A stretch of DNA of 64,000 bases from Octopus sinensis (Eukaryota): contig NC_043015.1 of assembly GCF_006345805.1 (NCBI RefSeq), positions 9,920,001 through 9,984,000 on the forward strand, given 5' to 3'. This document shows, piece after piece, positions 1 through 12,926 of this stretch. The first letter of the stretch is position 1. The number at the start of each line of letters is the position of its first letter. Both the position numbers and the translations under genes were made by a program. Below the pieces are notes generated by a model that saw only the letters and a program-made list of their open reading frames with translations, had not been told where the DNA came from and did no database searches.

Positions 1-2416
1 CTCTGTGTCAGTATGTTCGGATGGTTGAGTCTGGGTTTGTACTTTTCAATGAAGAATGTTTCCTTGTTCAGTCTCATTTGTGTTGATGATCCGACAGCAC
101 ATTGGTAAAATGGGAAGATTAAAAATTGTGGCAGTAGTTGCTTTGCGCATTTCTCAATGTGCTCACTAAAAGGTATCATTCTATATTCTGGGAATGCAAT
201 CTGTTGTCGATGCAGTGTGCATCTACGCCTGAGTGATAGTCCCGTGGAACCCACGTAGTCTTGGTGGCAGCCCGAGCATTTAATGACATAAATTATGTTT
301 TCAGAGGCACAAGTAAACTTAGATTTGATCTTGAATTTTTGTCCCTCTTTAAAGAGGAATTCTGATCCTTCTAGCAGGTTAGGGCATGTTGCACAGTTCG
401 ATCTACCACATTTTTTTACTTTTGCATCCGTAATTTCAGAAGACAATTTTGCCTTTGTGAGAATCTTTTTAAGTGATTGAGGCTGTTTGTAGCTTTTAAT
501 GATTTGGTGTATGTTTAGATTTTCCTTTAATTTTGGGTTTTTATGAAGTATTGGTAAATTCTGGGTGATGATGGTGAAGGCTTCTTTGTTTCTGGGGTTG
601 TATGTAGATATGTAAGGTAGTATTTTCGGGGAAGGTGTGTTGTTGTGTTGAACTTTTCTTAAAGTTTCTATGTTGATTTCTTTTGCACGTCTGATCCCAT
701 CCTCTATGAGTTGAGCTGGGTAATGTCTGTCAATTAGGGTGTTTTTGAGTTCTTGCAGTCTAAAGTTCCTGGTATTTTGTTCTGACACTATTGTGCATAT
801 CCTTCTTGCAAGGTTGAAGGGGATGTTTGTTTTAGTGTGTCTTGGGTGGCATGAATTAAAAAGAAGGTATTGTTTGGCGTCTGTGGCTTTGTAAAAAAAT
901 GTCTGTTTCTATTTTAAGGTTAATTTTTTTAATTAGTATATCCAAGAACGGAGCTCCTTTTGGTTGTATTCCATTGTGAACTGTATATTTGCGTTTATGC
1001 TGTTCAATAGGTTTTTAAATTTTAGGAGTTTATCTATGTTTTCATTCCAGAGAATCAAACAATCGTCTAGGAATCGTTTCCAATTCTCTTTTATGCATTG
1101 AGAGAGGGAGTTTCCAAAGATTGATAGAGATTCCTGGTAAATGATTATTTCCATGTATCCCATTGTTAAGTTCGCAATGACTGGTGCTGCCCTTGTACCC
1201 ATAGCAATTCCGGATTTTTGACGGTAAAATGTATTGTCAAACATGAAGTGGTTATTGTGTAGGATGAATTCAATTGATTTAGTAATGAAATCCTTACTGA
1301 TCCTTTTTGGTATTTCTTCCGGAAATTGGTCTAACCAGAACTGTATTGCCTCCAGTCCATACTTATGAGGTATACTGGTATACAAGTTGACTACATCAAA
1401 TGAAACCAGGATTGTTTCTTCCTTGGAAGGTGGTTTAACATATCTAAGTCATCTCTGATATGGCTATCGATATGTTTAAGGAAGGGTTTCAGGAGGATGT
1501 CCATAAGTAGACTTAGTCTGTGTGTTTCACAGGTTGGGCCAGCTACAATGGGTCGTAGTTTTAGGTCCCCCGGATTAGGTGTGTGTATGTATGTCTTTGG
1601 TGATTTTTTAATGGTTTCATTTATAATTTGACTTTTATGAATTTTTGGCAGACCATAGAAAAGGCTAGGTTTGCATTTAAAGTTTGTTAGGAAGTCAATC
1701 TCTTTGGTTGTCAGTTCCTTTTCGTGGGTTTTAATTAGTGAGGATAGAGTTTTCATTATTTTTTGTGGGGTGTAGTTGGTAATTTTTTCATAATGTAGGT
1801 CGTCATCAAGCAAGGAAATTAAAAGATTTCTCTAGTATGATGTATCCATTATTACAACTGCATTTCCCTTGTCCGCTTCCTTAATGGTTATATCTTCATC
1901 ATTTTGGAGTTCTATCAGTTCTTTCCATTGTGTAGTGTTAAAATTTGGGTTAGCTTTCTGTTTATGTATAGTATGGTAGGGGAAGTTCTCAATGTGGTTA
2001 CAGAATTCGTCAAGATCTTTATTTCTTCCTCTGTGTAGGATGTGTTCACTTTTGTTCTTGACTAGTGATTCATCTTCAGTATTGAAACTGTTTGATGCTT
2101 CTGCTAGTCTTAATTTTCTGCAAAATTCTGTTATATTATCCTTGAGTTCATTTAGGTTTGCTCTGCGTGGAGTTGGTGTAAATTTGAGCCCTTTTGCGAC
2201 GATGTCAATTTTTATGTTAGAAAGAGGTTTGGTTGAAAGATTGATTATCTTCGGTTTTTCCTTATTACTAGGTTCCAGCCTGTGTCCTGGTGTCCCTGGT
2301 CCCTGGCTAAAAAATGTTGGGTGTAATTTTGTTTGTATGAGTTGTCTGTGAGGTTGTGTGGTATTTGGTCGGGGGAGTGGTGGTATTGTTGCCTCCGATC
2401 GTTGTGTGTGTGTGGG
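1..2416 (-). mobile_element. Penelope-like retroelement (PLE), RT + GIY-YIG endonuclease, frameshifted; runs off the window start
   Basis: Minus-strand ORFs 1832-2449 (IINLS..KGLKFTPTP, IKEADKGNAVVIMD), 1391-1813 (FYGLPKIHK, LRPIVAGP) and 933-1385 (YTSIPH, YRQKSGIAMGT.AP.IANL, RFLDD). Manual translation below 950 gives PFLDILI, FYKATD..YLLFNSCHP, then NIIYVIKC..C..YVGSTG. Breaks near 1830, 1390 and 950. Confidence 0.93.
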
Positions 2417-3300
2417 ATTAAAGGAAATTCTAAACATACACCAAATCATTAAAAGCTACAAACAGCCTCAATCACTTAAAAAGATTCTCACAAAGGCAAA
2501 ATTGTCTTCTGAAATTACGGATGCAAAAGTAAAAAAATGTGGTAGATCGAACTGTGCAACATGCCCTAACCTGCTAGAAGGATCAGAATTCCTCTTTAAA
2601 GAGGGACAAAAATTCAAGATCAAATCTAAGTTTACTTGTGCCTCTGAAAACATAATTTATGTCATTAAATGCTCGGGCTGCCACCAAGACTACGTGGATT
2701 CCACGGGACTATCACTCAGGCGTAGATGCACACTGCATCGACAACAGATTGCATTCCCAGAATATAGAATGATACCTTTTAGTGAGCACATTGAGAAATG
2801 CGCAAAGCAACTACTGCCACAATTTTTAATCTTCCCATTTTACCAATGTGCTGTCGGATCATCAACACAAATGAGACTGAACAAGGAAACATTCTTCATT
2901 GAAAAGTACAAACCCAGACTCAACCATCCGAACATACTGACACGGAGAAATTAACAAGGGAAAGGAAAAAAAAAATTTAAGCGATTATCTCCCTTACACC
3001 GGAAGAAATCACTCACTACCTCCCCTTATTTAGAAAATCTCCTGAAAATAAACACAACGATAACTCCATGCAATATAAACATAACGTCACAAGAAATTTG
3101 AAAAGCTACACGCGAAACCGGTATTTCTTTAAAAATTATAAAATTATGTCATTTTAAGGAAAGGAAAAAATTTTTTCCAATATTCTCCAGACATTTTGAC
3201 ACAAATATATATATTTTTTAACATTTAAGCCTTCTGTCGTTTTTTCACTCTTTACTATTTTCTTATATATTCACCCACGTGCTTTACCAAACAAACTTTC
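2417..3300 (+). mobile_element. Inverted copy of the PLE 3' part (GIY-YIG domain plus probable 3' UTR), inverted pseudo-LTR
   Basis: 2417-2947 is the reverse complement of 1-531. ORF 2358-2954 contains CGRSNCATC, NIIYVIKCSGCHQDYVDSTG..LRRR..LH and KYKPRLN. The 3' boundary near the (TA)n at ~3310 is approximate. Confidence 0.9.
3091..3129 (+). ncRNA. Degenerate minimal hammerhead-ribozyme-like motif in the PLE 3' UTR
   Basis: AAGAAA-T-TTGAAAA-GC TACAC GC-GAAAC-CG-GTA-TTTCTT. Stem I is AAGAAA/TTTCTT, ACCGGT is a palindrome, and the core differs from CTGANGA at two positions. Confidence 0.35.
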
Positions 3301-3332
3301 TTATCTATCTATATATATATATATATATATAT

Positions 3333-3505
3333 AAAGTTAATCCAAACAAGAAAACAAAAAGACAACAACGCGAGGATGTGGAACAAATAAAATATTATTG
3401 GGCGCTCAAGAAAGAAGGGAAGAAGGAGGGTATGACGTTTCGAGCGGAGCTCTTCGTCGGAAGCATAGGAAAAAGAAAGATCCCGAGGTGGGAGGACAGA
3501 GGGAA
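3333..3505 (-). mobile_element. PLE-type terminal fragment with hammerhead-like motif, between two (TA)n tracts
   Basis: Minus strand of 3434-3460 reads CCGACGA-A-GAGC TCC GCTC-GAAAC-GTC. The layout resembles the fragments at 47630-48130. Confidence 0.5.
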
Positions 3506-4266
3506 ATATATATATATATATATATATGAGGAAGTCTTTAATATCGAAATTATAGTACTGCATCTTTCGTAGACCCAAATAATTTCGTCTTCTCAAAGTA
3601 TGTGGTGACGTATGATCTTTTCTCAAAAAATATTCGACAGAAAATAATTTGGAATATGGACAACACATGGTTGCATCCACATTTCATCCCCGGCTTTCCT
3701 TTCTGCGTTACTTTTCAAATTTTTTGACTTACGTGTTTGAACAAATAAGATTTTCGTTTATAAGATATATTGACTTTCATACGATCAATATTTCATAAAT
3801 TTTCCCTTACATATTTGTTTGTATATCACTTCACATAACTCTGACGTTTTGTGCTGAACACGGATATGCAGACAATAGTCACTCTCTGTGCACTTTATAT
3901 CAACTTTCTTTTGGAGTACTAGAAAACAAGAAAACAAATTAATATCTCAATCTAGATATGCGCTACATGCGCACGAAAAGTAACCTTTGGCATTTTCTCT
4001 AATCAATAAATAGAATCTTAGTATGATAGAAGATAACGACGGTACAGTTAGTAGGATGATCTTAACTTAATGTTACAACAGACTTCGTACATTACATCTC
4101 TGAATCTGTGTTAAACTGTCAAAATACGATAAATATCTGTAAAATGAAGCAGAGGCAATAATTAATCTGAGACAAAAATACACATTCCCGATGGGTAACT
4201 GATTTTTTAATTTTGTTAATTAGAAAGTTCTCGTTGTCATAAATATCGCGTTCATTACTAGGTTTT

Positions 4267-4648
4267 GGAAGCAATCCGTCGGTTACGACGACGAGGGTTC
4301 CGGTTGATCCGATCAACGGAACAGCCTGCTCGTGAAATTAACGTGTAAGTGGCTGAGCACTCCACAGACACGTGTACCCTTAACGTAGTTTTCAGGGATA
4401 TTCAGCGTGACACAGAAAGTGACAAGGCCGGCCCTTTGAAATACAGGTACAACAGAAACAGGAAGAAAGAGTGAGAGAAAGTTGTGGTGAAAGAGTACAG
4501 CAGGGATCACCACCATCTCCTGCCTGAGCCTCGTGGAGCTTTAGGTGTTTTCGCTCAATAAACACTCACAACGCCCGGTCTGGGAATCGAAACCATGATC
4601 CTACGACCGCGAGTCCGCTGCCCTAACCACTGGGCCATTGCGCCTCCA
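4267..4648 (-). mobile_element. tRNA-headed SINE, family B
   Basis: Head TGGAGGCGCAATGGCCCAGTGG with A-box TGGCCCAGTGG and B-box-like GGTTTCGATTCC. Near-identical to 47063-47455 over its full length. Confidence 0.88.
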
Positions 4649-4859
4649 CTAATTGCTAGGTAACATATACTGGAAATGGCATTTGTTCCTAAATTCGTAT
4701 CATATCGCCGGGTTTTTGGTTAAATCTTTGATATACAACACAGAATCGAATAGCAATTTCCGTTTTATAGCTCTACATATGTGTGTATGCATGCGTGGGC
4801 GTATGAATATGTGTGCGTGCGCGCGCGTAGTTACACTACAGCAACGAGGCTGCTGCTGC

Positions 4860-5327
4860 TTCTTCTTCCAATCGGGACTCACGCCATTAGCCACAAAGTA
4901 TAATCGCTATTTCGAGCCTCCTCTAAGCTACTAAGAAAGCGTGTGGCAACTTGAAGATCCACCCACAACACGGATAGACTGGCGCTTGCACGGGCACGAA
5001 AGCTACGTTGTTATCCTCATCAGTGAACAGTGGCTTTTAACTGATGGAGACCTGAACCATCCTGGGTTATAGTGGATTCGAAGTCTAGATACGGACTGAA
5101 AGTTTACCACGCCATAGTTGGTTACACAATGGTTCCTCTGCTTTGTGGCAGAAATAGAAAGAAAGAGTGAGAGAAAGTTGTGGTGAAAGAGTACAGCGGA
5201 ACCCCGCCTGAGCCTCGTGAAGCGTAGGTGCTTTTGCTCAATAAACACTCACAATGCCCGGTCTGGGAATCGAAACCGCGGTATTACAACCGCGAGTCTG
5301 CTGCCCTAACCAGTGGGCCATTGCGCC
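4860..5327 (-). mobile_element. SINE family B head/body with an alternative 3' tail
   Basis: 5150-5327 matches the family B head; 4860-5150 is unrelated to the other B tails. Candidate TSD GCTGCTGCTGC at 4849-4859 and 5333-5343. Confidence 0.7.
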
Positions 5328-6386
5328 AACACGCTGCTGCTGCAGCACTATTTCACAGTAGAAAGACATATCAGCTTAATGTATCTATGATTTTAACACA
5401 CATATAACCGACAAATCTCGGGCAATGTATCCCACACACTAAGACATGAGACCAACAATTACGGGGAAAAGGAGGGCTAGACTATTAAGTCCACCTGCGC
5501 CTTCAATTTCATCGACCACGCAAAGATAACATCAGTGGAATTTGAACAGAGAAACTAAAGACGACGAAATGCCGCTAAATATTTTGAAAGGCGTGATAAC
5601 GAATCGTCCTGCTCACCAACATAATTGCATTGATATACTAAACCATAATTGTAAAATCGTGCGGATTATAGTATTCAAATATACCAGAAATTTTTGGCAA
5701 CAGTATTTCTTCTGCCCTATTTGGGTACATATGTTTCATTAATAACAATTATTGTGTTTACTGTTAACCCAAGCTTTTAATGAAAATATTCTTCTTTTTT
5801 TTTTTTGTTGCATCAAAATATTTCCATACGAGAAAATATTTTCAAACGAAGAGAAAACAAATATAAGATATGCACATGACTGCGATTCGTATAAATAGCA
5901 ATAAAAGATATGTATGAATCATAATGCCATAGGGGTCCTGCTGAAGCGGATTCATTGGATAAAACAATGACCTAATCAACTGTACATTATAAGATATCTT
6001 TCAAAATGATCTCCGCTGTAGTTGAAGAATATAAATCTATAACATTATTTTGCTTCAGTTTAAGACTTCCTGGCACCAGAGAAGAAATATAATTGGTCAG
6101 TTAGCACATCTATGTGATCACATCATTACCATTTTCATGCCGCAATATTTATCGAGTTTAATTTCACTGAGTTAAAATATTTCAGATTAGGGGCGAAGTT
6201 CAATCTATAAATTTGACATGTTTTAATGCTTAAATTTCTTAAGATTTATTATAAGATAAAGATATTAAGAACAGTTACTGCGTTATTTCAAGGAAACTAT
6301 CTTCATGAGAGTTTTGTTGTTTGCTAATATTGTTCGGGATATTTCTGAATGTAAGTGGATGCGTTTTATTGTCTTTGCGAATTTTT

Positions 6387-6822
<436 letters not shown>

Positions 6823-7131
6823 GAGCTTAATGACAATCATCTTTGAAGAGAAGTCACATATGCTATTCAGCCTAGCCGTCGGAGTTTACGAAAGTGATAA
6901 TTTCCATTTCCGTTCGAAAATCGGAGACATCTCTTCCTAAAATCGTAGAACCCTATTCTGCTCCACTCTCAGAATCTTTACGCATGTTTTCATTCTCTGC
7001 TATAGATTTCGATTGGACAATGAGCTTGCTAAAGGTATTTTCATGCTACTCTCATCTTATATATACGAGCGTTTGAGTACACGAGTAAGTACACGCAAAA
7101 CCACGGTCATACATATACATACATACATACA

Positions 7132-7163
<32 letters not shown>

Positions 7164-7167
7164 ATAT

Positions 7168-7232
<65 letters not shown>

Positions 7233-7280
7233 AGAAAGTTACATGTACATATATATGTATATTACACTTATATCTACATA

Positions 7281-9190
7281 TTCTTTTATTCTTTTATATG
7301 TTTCAGTCCAATGACTGTGGCCATGGTGGAGCCACGTCATTGTGATCATCTTTCCACTCTCCACTTTGTCTGAGCGGATTTTAGTGAAGGGCGGAGTTCG
7401 ATATTACCGCCTTCTTTTGAGTTTCTTGCCTAAACATTGGCTCATCCGGGATCTCGGTATGCCACATGTCAAGTTCTCGTTTGAAAACGTCTACAACCTC
7501 TCCAAGGAGGGTGCGGAAATGTTTTGGCAGACAGTTAAACAGCTGTGGGCCCTTGAAACCCATGCTATTGCAGTACATCGTCCTTGCCCGAGATGAAGCA
7601 GTCGGCACAGTGGGGACAGCACAGAGACGACCTCTTCGTGGTCTTGTATAGCTCTTTATTCCGAAGTTTGGTACCAGGCCTTCCAGTATCTTCCATATAT
7701 ATATATATATATCACTGCATTCCTCTCCCACCAGGATAAATTACTTCTATAGTGTCATCATAGCTTCTCGGTCCCTAGTCCGCAAGGTTCTCAGAATTCA
7801 ACCGGCCAGTCTTCTGGATACTGCTGCCATTTTATTGATATGTATGTGAAATGAGGAATTGTTGCTCCTTCTATTCCAAGATCACGCACCGTATTTGATT
7901 CTGGGATCATTGCTCCCCTTGGTCCAACGTACTGATGTCGTTATTCCTGAGCAGTACTTAACTGGGATTTACTTGCATTAAATTACATGTTGTTATCTTC
8001 AGCCCATGTATAGATGGAATCTAGATCTTTCTGCAATCAGATTCCCTTGACTGACAGTGCGATTTTTGTGTCGTCGGCATAGCTGGTAAGCATGGCTGCC
8101 TGTGTCACTCATGGCATATCCGATAGGGCTACCATGAAAAGCAGTGGTCGCAGCACAGTGCTCTGGGGCACTCCACTCACTATTGGTGTCTCTGTGGAGA
8201 GAGCTTCATTGTCTGCTACAGTTTAGCTCCTGTCCTTTAGGAAATCACGGAACCACTCTCCGACTTTACCGGTGATGCCGAGTCCCCGTATTTTGTGGCA
8301 TAACATTCCATGGTCGACCTTGTCAAATGCCTTCGCAAAGTCAAGGTATACCATATCCACCTTTGAGCAATTTATTAATTGCTTCTGTACCAAGTCATCG
8401 TGTCGCAGAACCTGTGTGAAACAGCTCCCTCCAGGGCGAAAACCATGCTGGTTGTCAGAGAGCAGGTCATTGTCCTCAAGCAACTCAATCAATCATTTCT
8501 TGACAATGCGCTCATGACTTTACTGACGTGGGAGGTCAGGGAGACAGGTCTATAATTTCTAGCCTCTGCCCTGATTCCTCCCTTATGAATAGGGCATATT
8601 ATTCCCTCTGTTATTTTTTGGGGAGTTTCTCAATCCTGAGGGACTCCTGTAAAAGGATTTCAAGCGGCCTAGCAAGAGATCTTTTACGTTTCTATAGAAG
8701 GATTGCAGGGAATCCATCAGGGCCCGTTGCCAAGTTCGAGCTCAGCTCTTCAATGGCTGATATCACACCACTTTCACTATGTTGATGTTATCAATACTTG
8801 CCATTTCACAATGCGCGCGTTCGGGGTCAAAATACCTACCCGGCACAGTCATTCGTAACTTCCCCAGCGATATGCTGAAAGAACTCTTATATTGTGCATT
8901 CAGTAATTCCCTGATCTTCAGGGGTCCGCAGTTAGTGAGCTGTTTTCATCTAGTAGCGTCCTATTTTGTAACTCACTGAAGTAGATTATTTCGCATATCT
9001 ATAACAAGCCTTAAGATCCGCTTTAATATTTTTGATAGCCCTGGTTTCCTTTTCTGCCCATTCCTTTTCATGGGAATGTTTGAGTGCGTTTTCAATTTCA
9101 AGGAAGGTGCATTCGAAGTGGAGTCGAGAGAATAATAGGGAATTTTTTCTATCTTCTTGGTTTAACAGCCCTCACCGTTTGTTTTACTGT
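7281..9190 (-). mobile_element. CR1-clade LINE, 5'-truncated, decayed
   Basis: ORF 8223-8492 has QHGFRPG.SC.TQ and YLDFAKAFDKVDHG; ORF 7381-7731 has YIWKILEGLVPN, GPQLFN.LP and IPDEP. 9030-9150 resembles ORF 53444-53818. 3' tail with (ATAAAAG)-like repeats at ~7281. Confidence 0.9.
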
Positions 9191-10065
9191 CTTGTTCTCA
9201 CTGTCCTGTTCTTGTTACCACTTTTATCCTCCGCAAAATATCCCAAATTCTAACCCCTCCTCAGTTATCGACGCCCTATTTCGAGCTTTCAACGACTCTA
9301 TGTATATAGTGAAATGGAGAATTCGAAATTAAACGACGAGAGAGTTCAAATCTAATAATAATATGCATGTAATAGAAAATGATTTATTTATACAAAAATT
9401 ATACCCCTAGATCGATTACAGCGAGAAACTCCTAGCAGAAATATCTCACAATATAACTCAATACACAAGAAGAAATAGAACAAAGTAATACTTGCGTATT
9501 AAGTAATTCATTTTACCTTGAGCTCATAAAAAGATATAGAGTTACATCATACTCTGCCAAAGTGTGAAATGTCTCAGAGTGCTATTCATACCGACGGGGT
9601 TTATTTAAATAAACGGGATCTGAGAGTTATTTATCTGGTATAATTTGCAGGCTGTGTACAGTATATAGGTTAAAATGTTGGACAACCCATTCGTTTGTAG
9701 AACAGTTTGTATCGGAGACATGCCAAGTTCGTGAGTTATATTTAAAAGTGTTTTCATATTTCTAATCATATCTCTTCAAGGAATGAAAAAAATACATCAC
9801 TGAGTTTATTTAATATTAATGTTACATATATAAAATCTAATAATTATTATTTAGCAAAATATAATAATCCCTATTTTCCGAACATTCACTCACTACAGTG
9901 AAGACAGTAAACACAATTTAAAAAAAAAAATTATATGAAGAAAACAACAATAATATGAATAATTAGTGTGATTGTTTCGTGATTATGAGTGGAAAAGGGG
10001 GTGCGTGTTTCTGTGTTATTATAAGTCCTAAGCTAAGCCTAATCTTTTATGTGCTTGCATTAGTA

Positions 10066-10570
10066 ACCTCCTTCGGTCATAAATGATCATGGAATTCCAC
10101 TTAGAAAGTTACCCTCCGAGGTAAAAGTCTGGGCAAGGTTGTTTTATGGAAGACCAGCAGTCGCCCACGCATACCAACCTCCCCTCTCCACGCCAACGAT
10201 GTTATCCAAGAGAAAGGCAACAGCCTATACAGCTTGGCACCATTGACGTCGCAGCTCATTTATTAACGTGCAAGTGGCTGAGCACACCACATACACGTGT
10301 ACCCTTAATGTAGTTCTCGAGGAGATTCAGCGTTACACAGAGTGTGACAAGGCTGGTCCTTTGAAATACAGGTACAACAGAAACAGGAAGAAAGAGTGAG
10401 AGAAAGTTGTGGTGAAGAGTACAGCAGGGTTCACCACCACCCACTGCCGAAGCATCGTGGAGCTTTAGGTGTTCTCGCTCAATAAACACTCACAACGCCC
10501 GGTCTGGGAATCGAAACAGCGATCTTACGACCGCGACTCCGCTGCCCTAACCACTGGGCCATTGCGCCTC
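10066..10570 (-). mobile_element. SINE family B head/body with a third 3' tail, bounded by a 12-bp TSD
   Basis: CTTGCATTAGTA at 10054-10065 and 10571-10582. 10258-10570 matches family B; 10066-10257 differs. Confidence 0.85.
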
Positions 10571-12510
10571 CTTGCATTAGTATTAACGTGGTTATAACAG
10601 AACATGTTTCCAATATTTTTCGGGAAATATAGCAGAAACGTTATTGTGGCGGACAAATAGCTTGGCGACATTTTGTCTTTGTTAACGTTCAGTGTTCAAA
10701 TTCTGCCAATGCCGCCTTTGATTTTTATCCTATATTTGTCGGTAAAATATACCGACTTGTTTCTCTCAAAATTGTTGACCTTTTGCCAGAATTTTAGACT
10801 ATTATTTTACTCTTTCTTCAGGAGGAGTATCATTCAAATAGCCATATGCTTTTTAGTGCAGTAATCTTGTGATTAAACATAGAGGCAACCTGTAAGGCCA
10901 TTCAATTATGCTTTCGCATTGACATTTCTATTAACATTTCGTATGGTTAATATAAATGCAATACTTATTATACTTTCTCCTAGATGTAGAGTAGGGTGCG
11001 AATTAGGGAAGAAAATTATAGGAAAATCATTTTGGTGGCGGTCTGGTATTTGTCATGTTCTCTAACATTGCGGTAAAGATAAATAATCAATGGGGAGAAT
11101 CGATATTCGCTCAATGTCTGTTTACCTATTCATATAAATGTAACACTATTCTTGTTGATTATGTTATTGCTATATTATCTATTTTACTTAGCATTCATAA
11201 GACTGAAATGAATTACATTGAAGGGTATTCAATTGATTCGACTATTATAACTAGCAGTTCAAACGTCCATGTCGAGGTTGCTGAATTAGCTATTATTAAT
11301 CTAGGCTCATTGAATAATGATTATATTACTATTACAATTAACAATTTTAATTATCACCAGAAACAGAAAGAAACGGTACGAATGATAAAGCGATTCAATG
11401 TATTGATTCTTTGAGAGCAAAGTGGTGTCAAATTCTGTTGATTGAAATGACATGCTGATTGAATTAAAAGTAGTATTGCTAACTGGAAGCAGTATACTTT
11501 AATATTATTCATATAATACTCTAAGAGTTCCTGAATGAAAGAAATCACGCAAAGCGCTCAAATAAAATACACGATGTATATAATGAAAAATTAAAAATGA
11601 TATATAATATATTGTCTACAAAATTAATTTATAATTTTGTCGCGGGAAGAATTTTCGAGAGAATGATGTCCAAAATTAATATGACTAAAATATATTAGCG
11701 AGATATAATAAAATTAATACATAATGGGAAGAAAAATTAAATAATATTTTAACAAAGTACAAAACTCATTTACTTTGATTAATAATTGATAGTAGTTTAG
11801 CCAATCAAAAACTACCACGAACGTTTAATGAGTTTTCTTATACGAGTTTAAAGCTAGTAATGAAATCATTCAAAATGTTAACGTCTGCATCACATACAAT
11901 TAGAGTGCTGATGTTGCACACACAAGCACACATGTGAACGCATAAGCAGTTATACACACATATTAATTACTATTTTATTGCACACACAAGTACACATATA
12001 TACACAAACACACACATGAATATATACATACACATATGAAGAGGCAAATCTGTATTATGTCGATATTTACACGTGTGTCATCTTTATTAAATAAGTTTCT
12101 TTTATCGTTTTCCACTTCATCGTAATTTTAAGCGTTGTAAAATGTGAGAAAAAAATTCCAAAAATACATTGAACAAATTGAAATAATTGTTACATTTTAG
12201 AAGAAAAGGCGAAATATGTGAGTTAAAGACGAATAAAAGTAATAAAGTGTAATATAGAAAATAATTGTCAATTTATTACTCTTCTTTTACATGAATATAT
12301 AAATGCCATTTTTTAATATCTATTATTTGATTTTCTCATCTTTATGTCATTTACTGCAACAGTTTCTTTCCTAATTCCTAGGCATGTAGTCCTCATTTTT
12401 CCTCTTCTTCTTTCTCTCTCACTTTACACACATATACACACACACACATGCACGCGCGCATTGTTTCTTTTATATACCTCAGAAATAATTTCTATGTGCG
12501 TACCGTATTA

Positions 12511-12926
12511 GGGCAGCGTGCTGGCAGATGCGTCAGAACGTCGGGTGAAATGCGTAGCCGTATTTCGTCTGCCGCTACGTTCTGAGTTCAAATTCCGCCG
12601 GGGTCGACTTTGCCTTTCATCCTTTCAGAGTCGATAAATTAAGTACCAGTTACGTACTGGGCTCGATATAATCGACTTAATCCGTTTGTCTGTCCTTGTT
12701 TTTCCTATCTGTGTTTAGCCTCTTGTGGGTTGTAAAGAAATAGGTATTTCGTTTGCCGCTACGTTCTGAGTTCAAATTCCACAGAGGTCGACTTCGCCTT
12801 TCATCCTTTTGGAGTCGGTTAAATAAGTACCAGTTACGCACTGGAGTCGAGGTAATCGACTTAATCCGTTTTTTTGTCCTTGTTTGTCCCCTCTATGTTT
12901 ACACCCCTGTGGGCAATGAAGAAATA
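12511..12926 (+). mobile_element. tRNA-headed SINE, family C, with internal tandem duplication of body+tail
   Basis: GTATTTCGT.TGCCGCTACGTTCTGAGTTCAAATTCC...GTGGG...GAAATA occurs twice (~12559-12743, ~12744-12926). B-box-like GAGTTCAAATTCC. Confidence 0.85.

Noticed and set aside
5000-5050. CTGATGAGGATA on the minus strand of the SINE B tail as a hammerhead
   Set aside because: No GAAA follows the possible stem II.
7007-7035. 29-nt micro-exon (CTATAG|ATTTCG...AAG|GTATTT)
   Set aside because: Too short to assess, and its phases do not join the 9651 candidate in an open frame.
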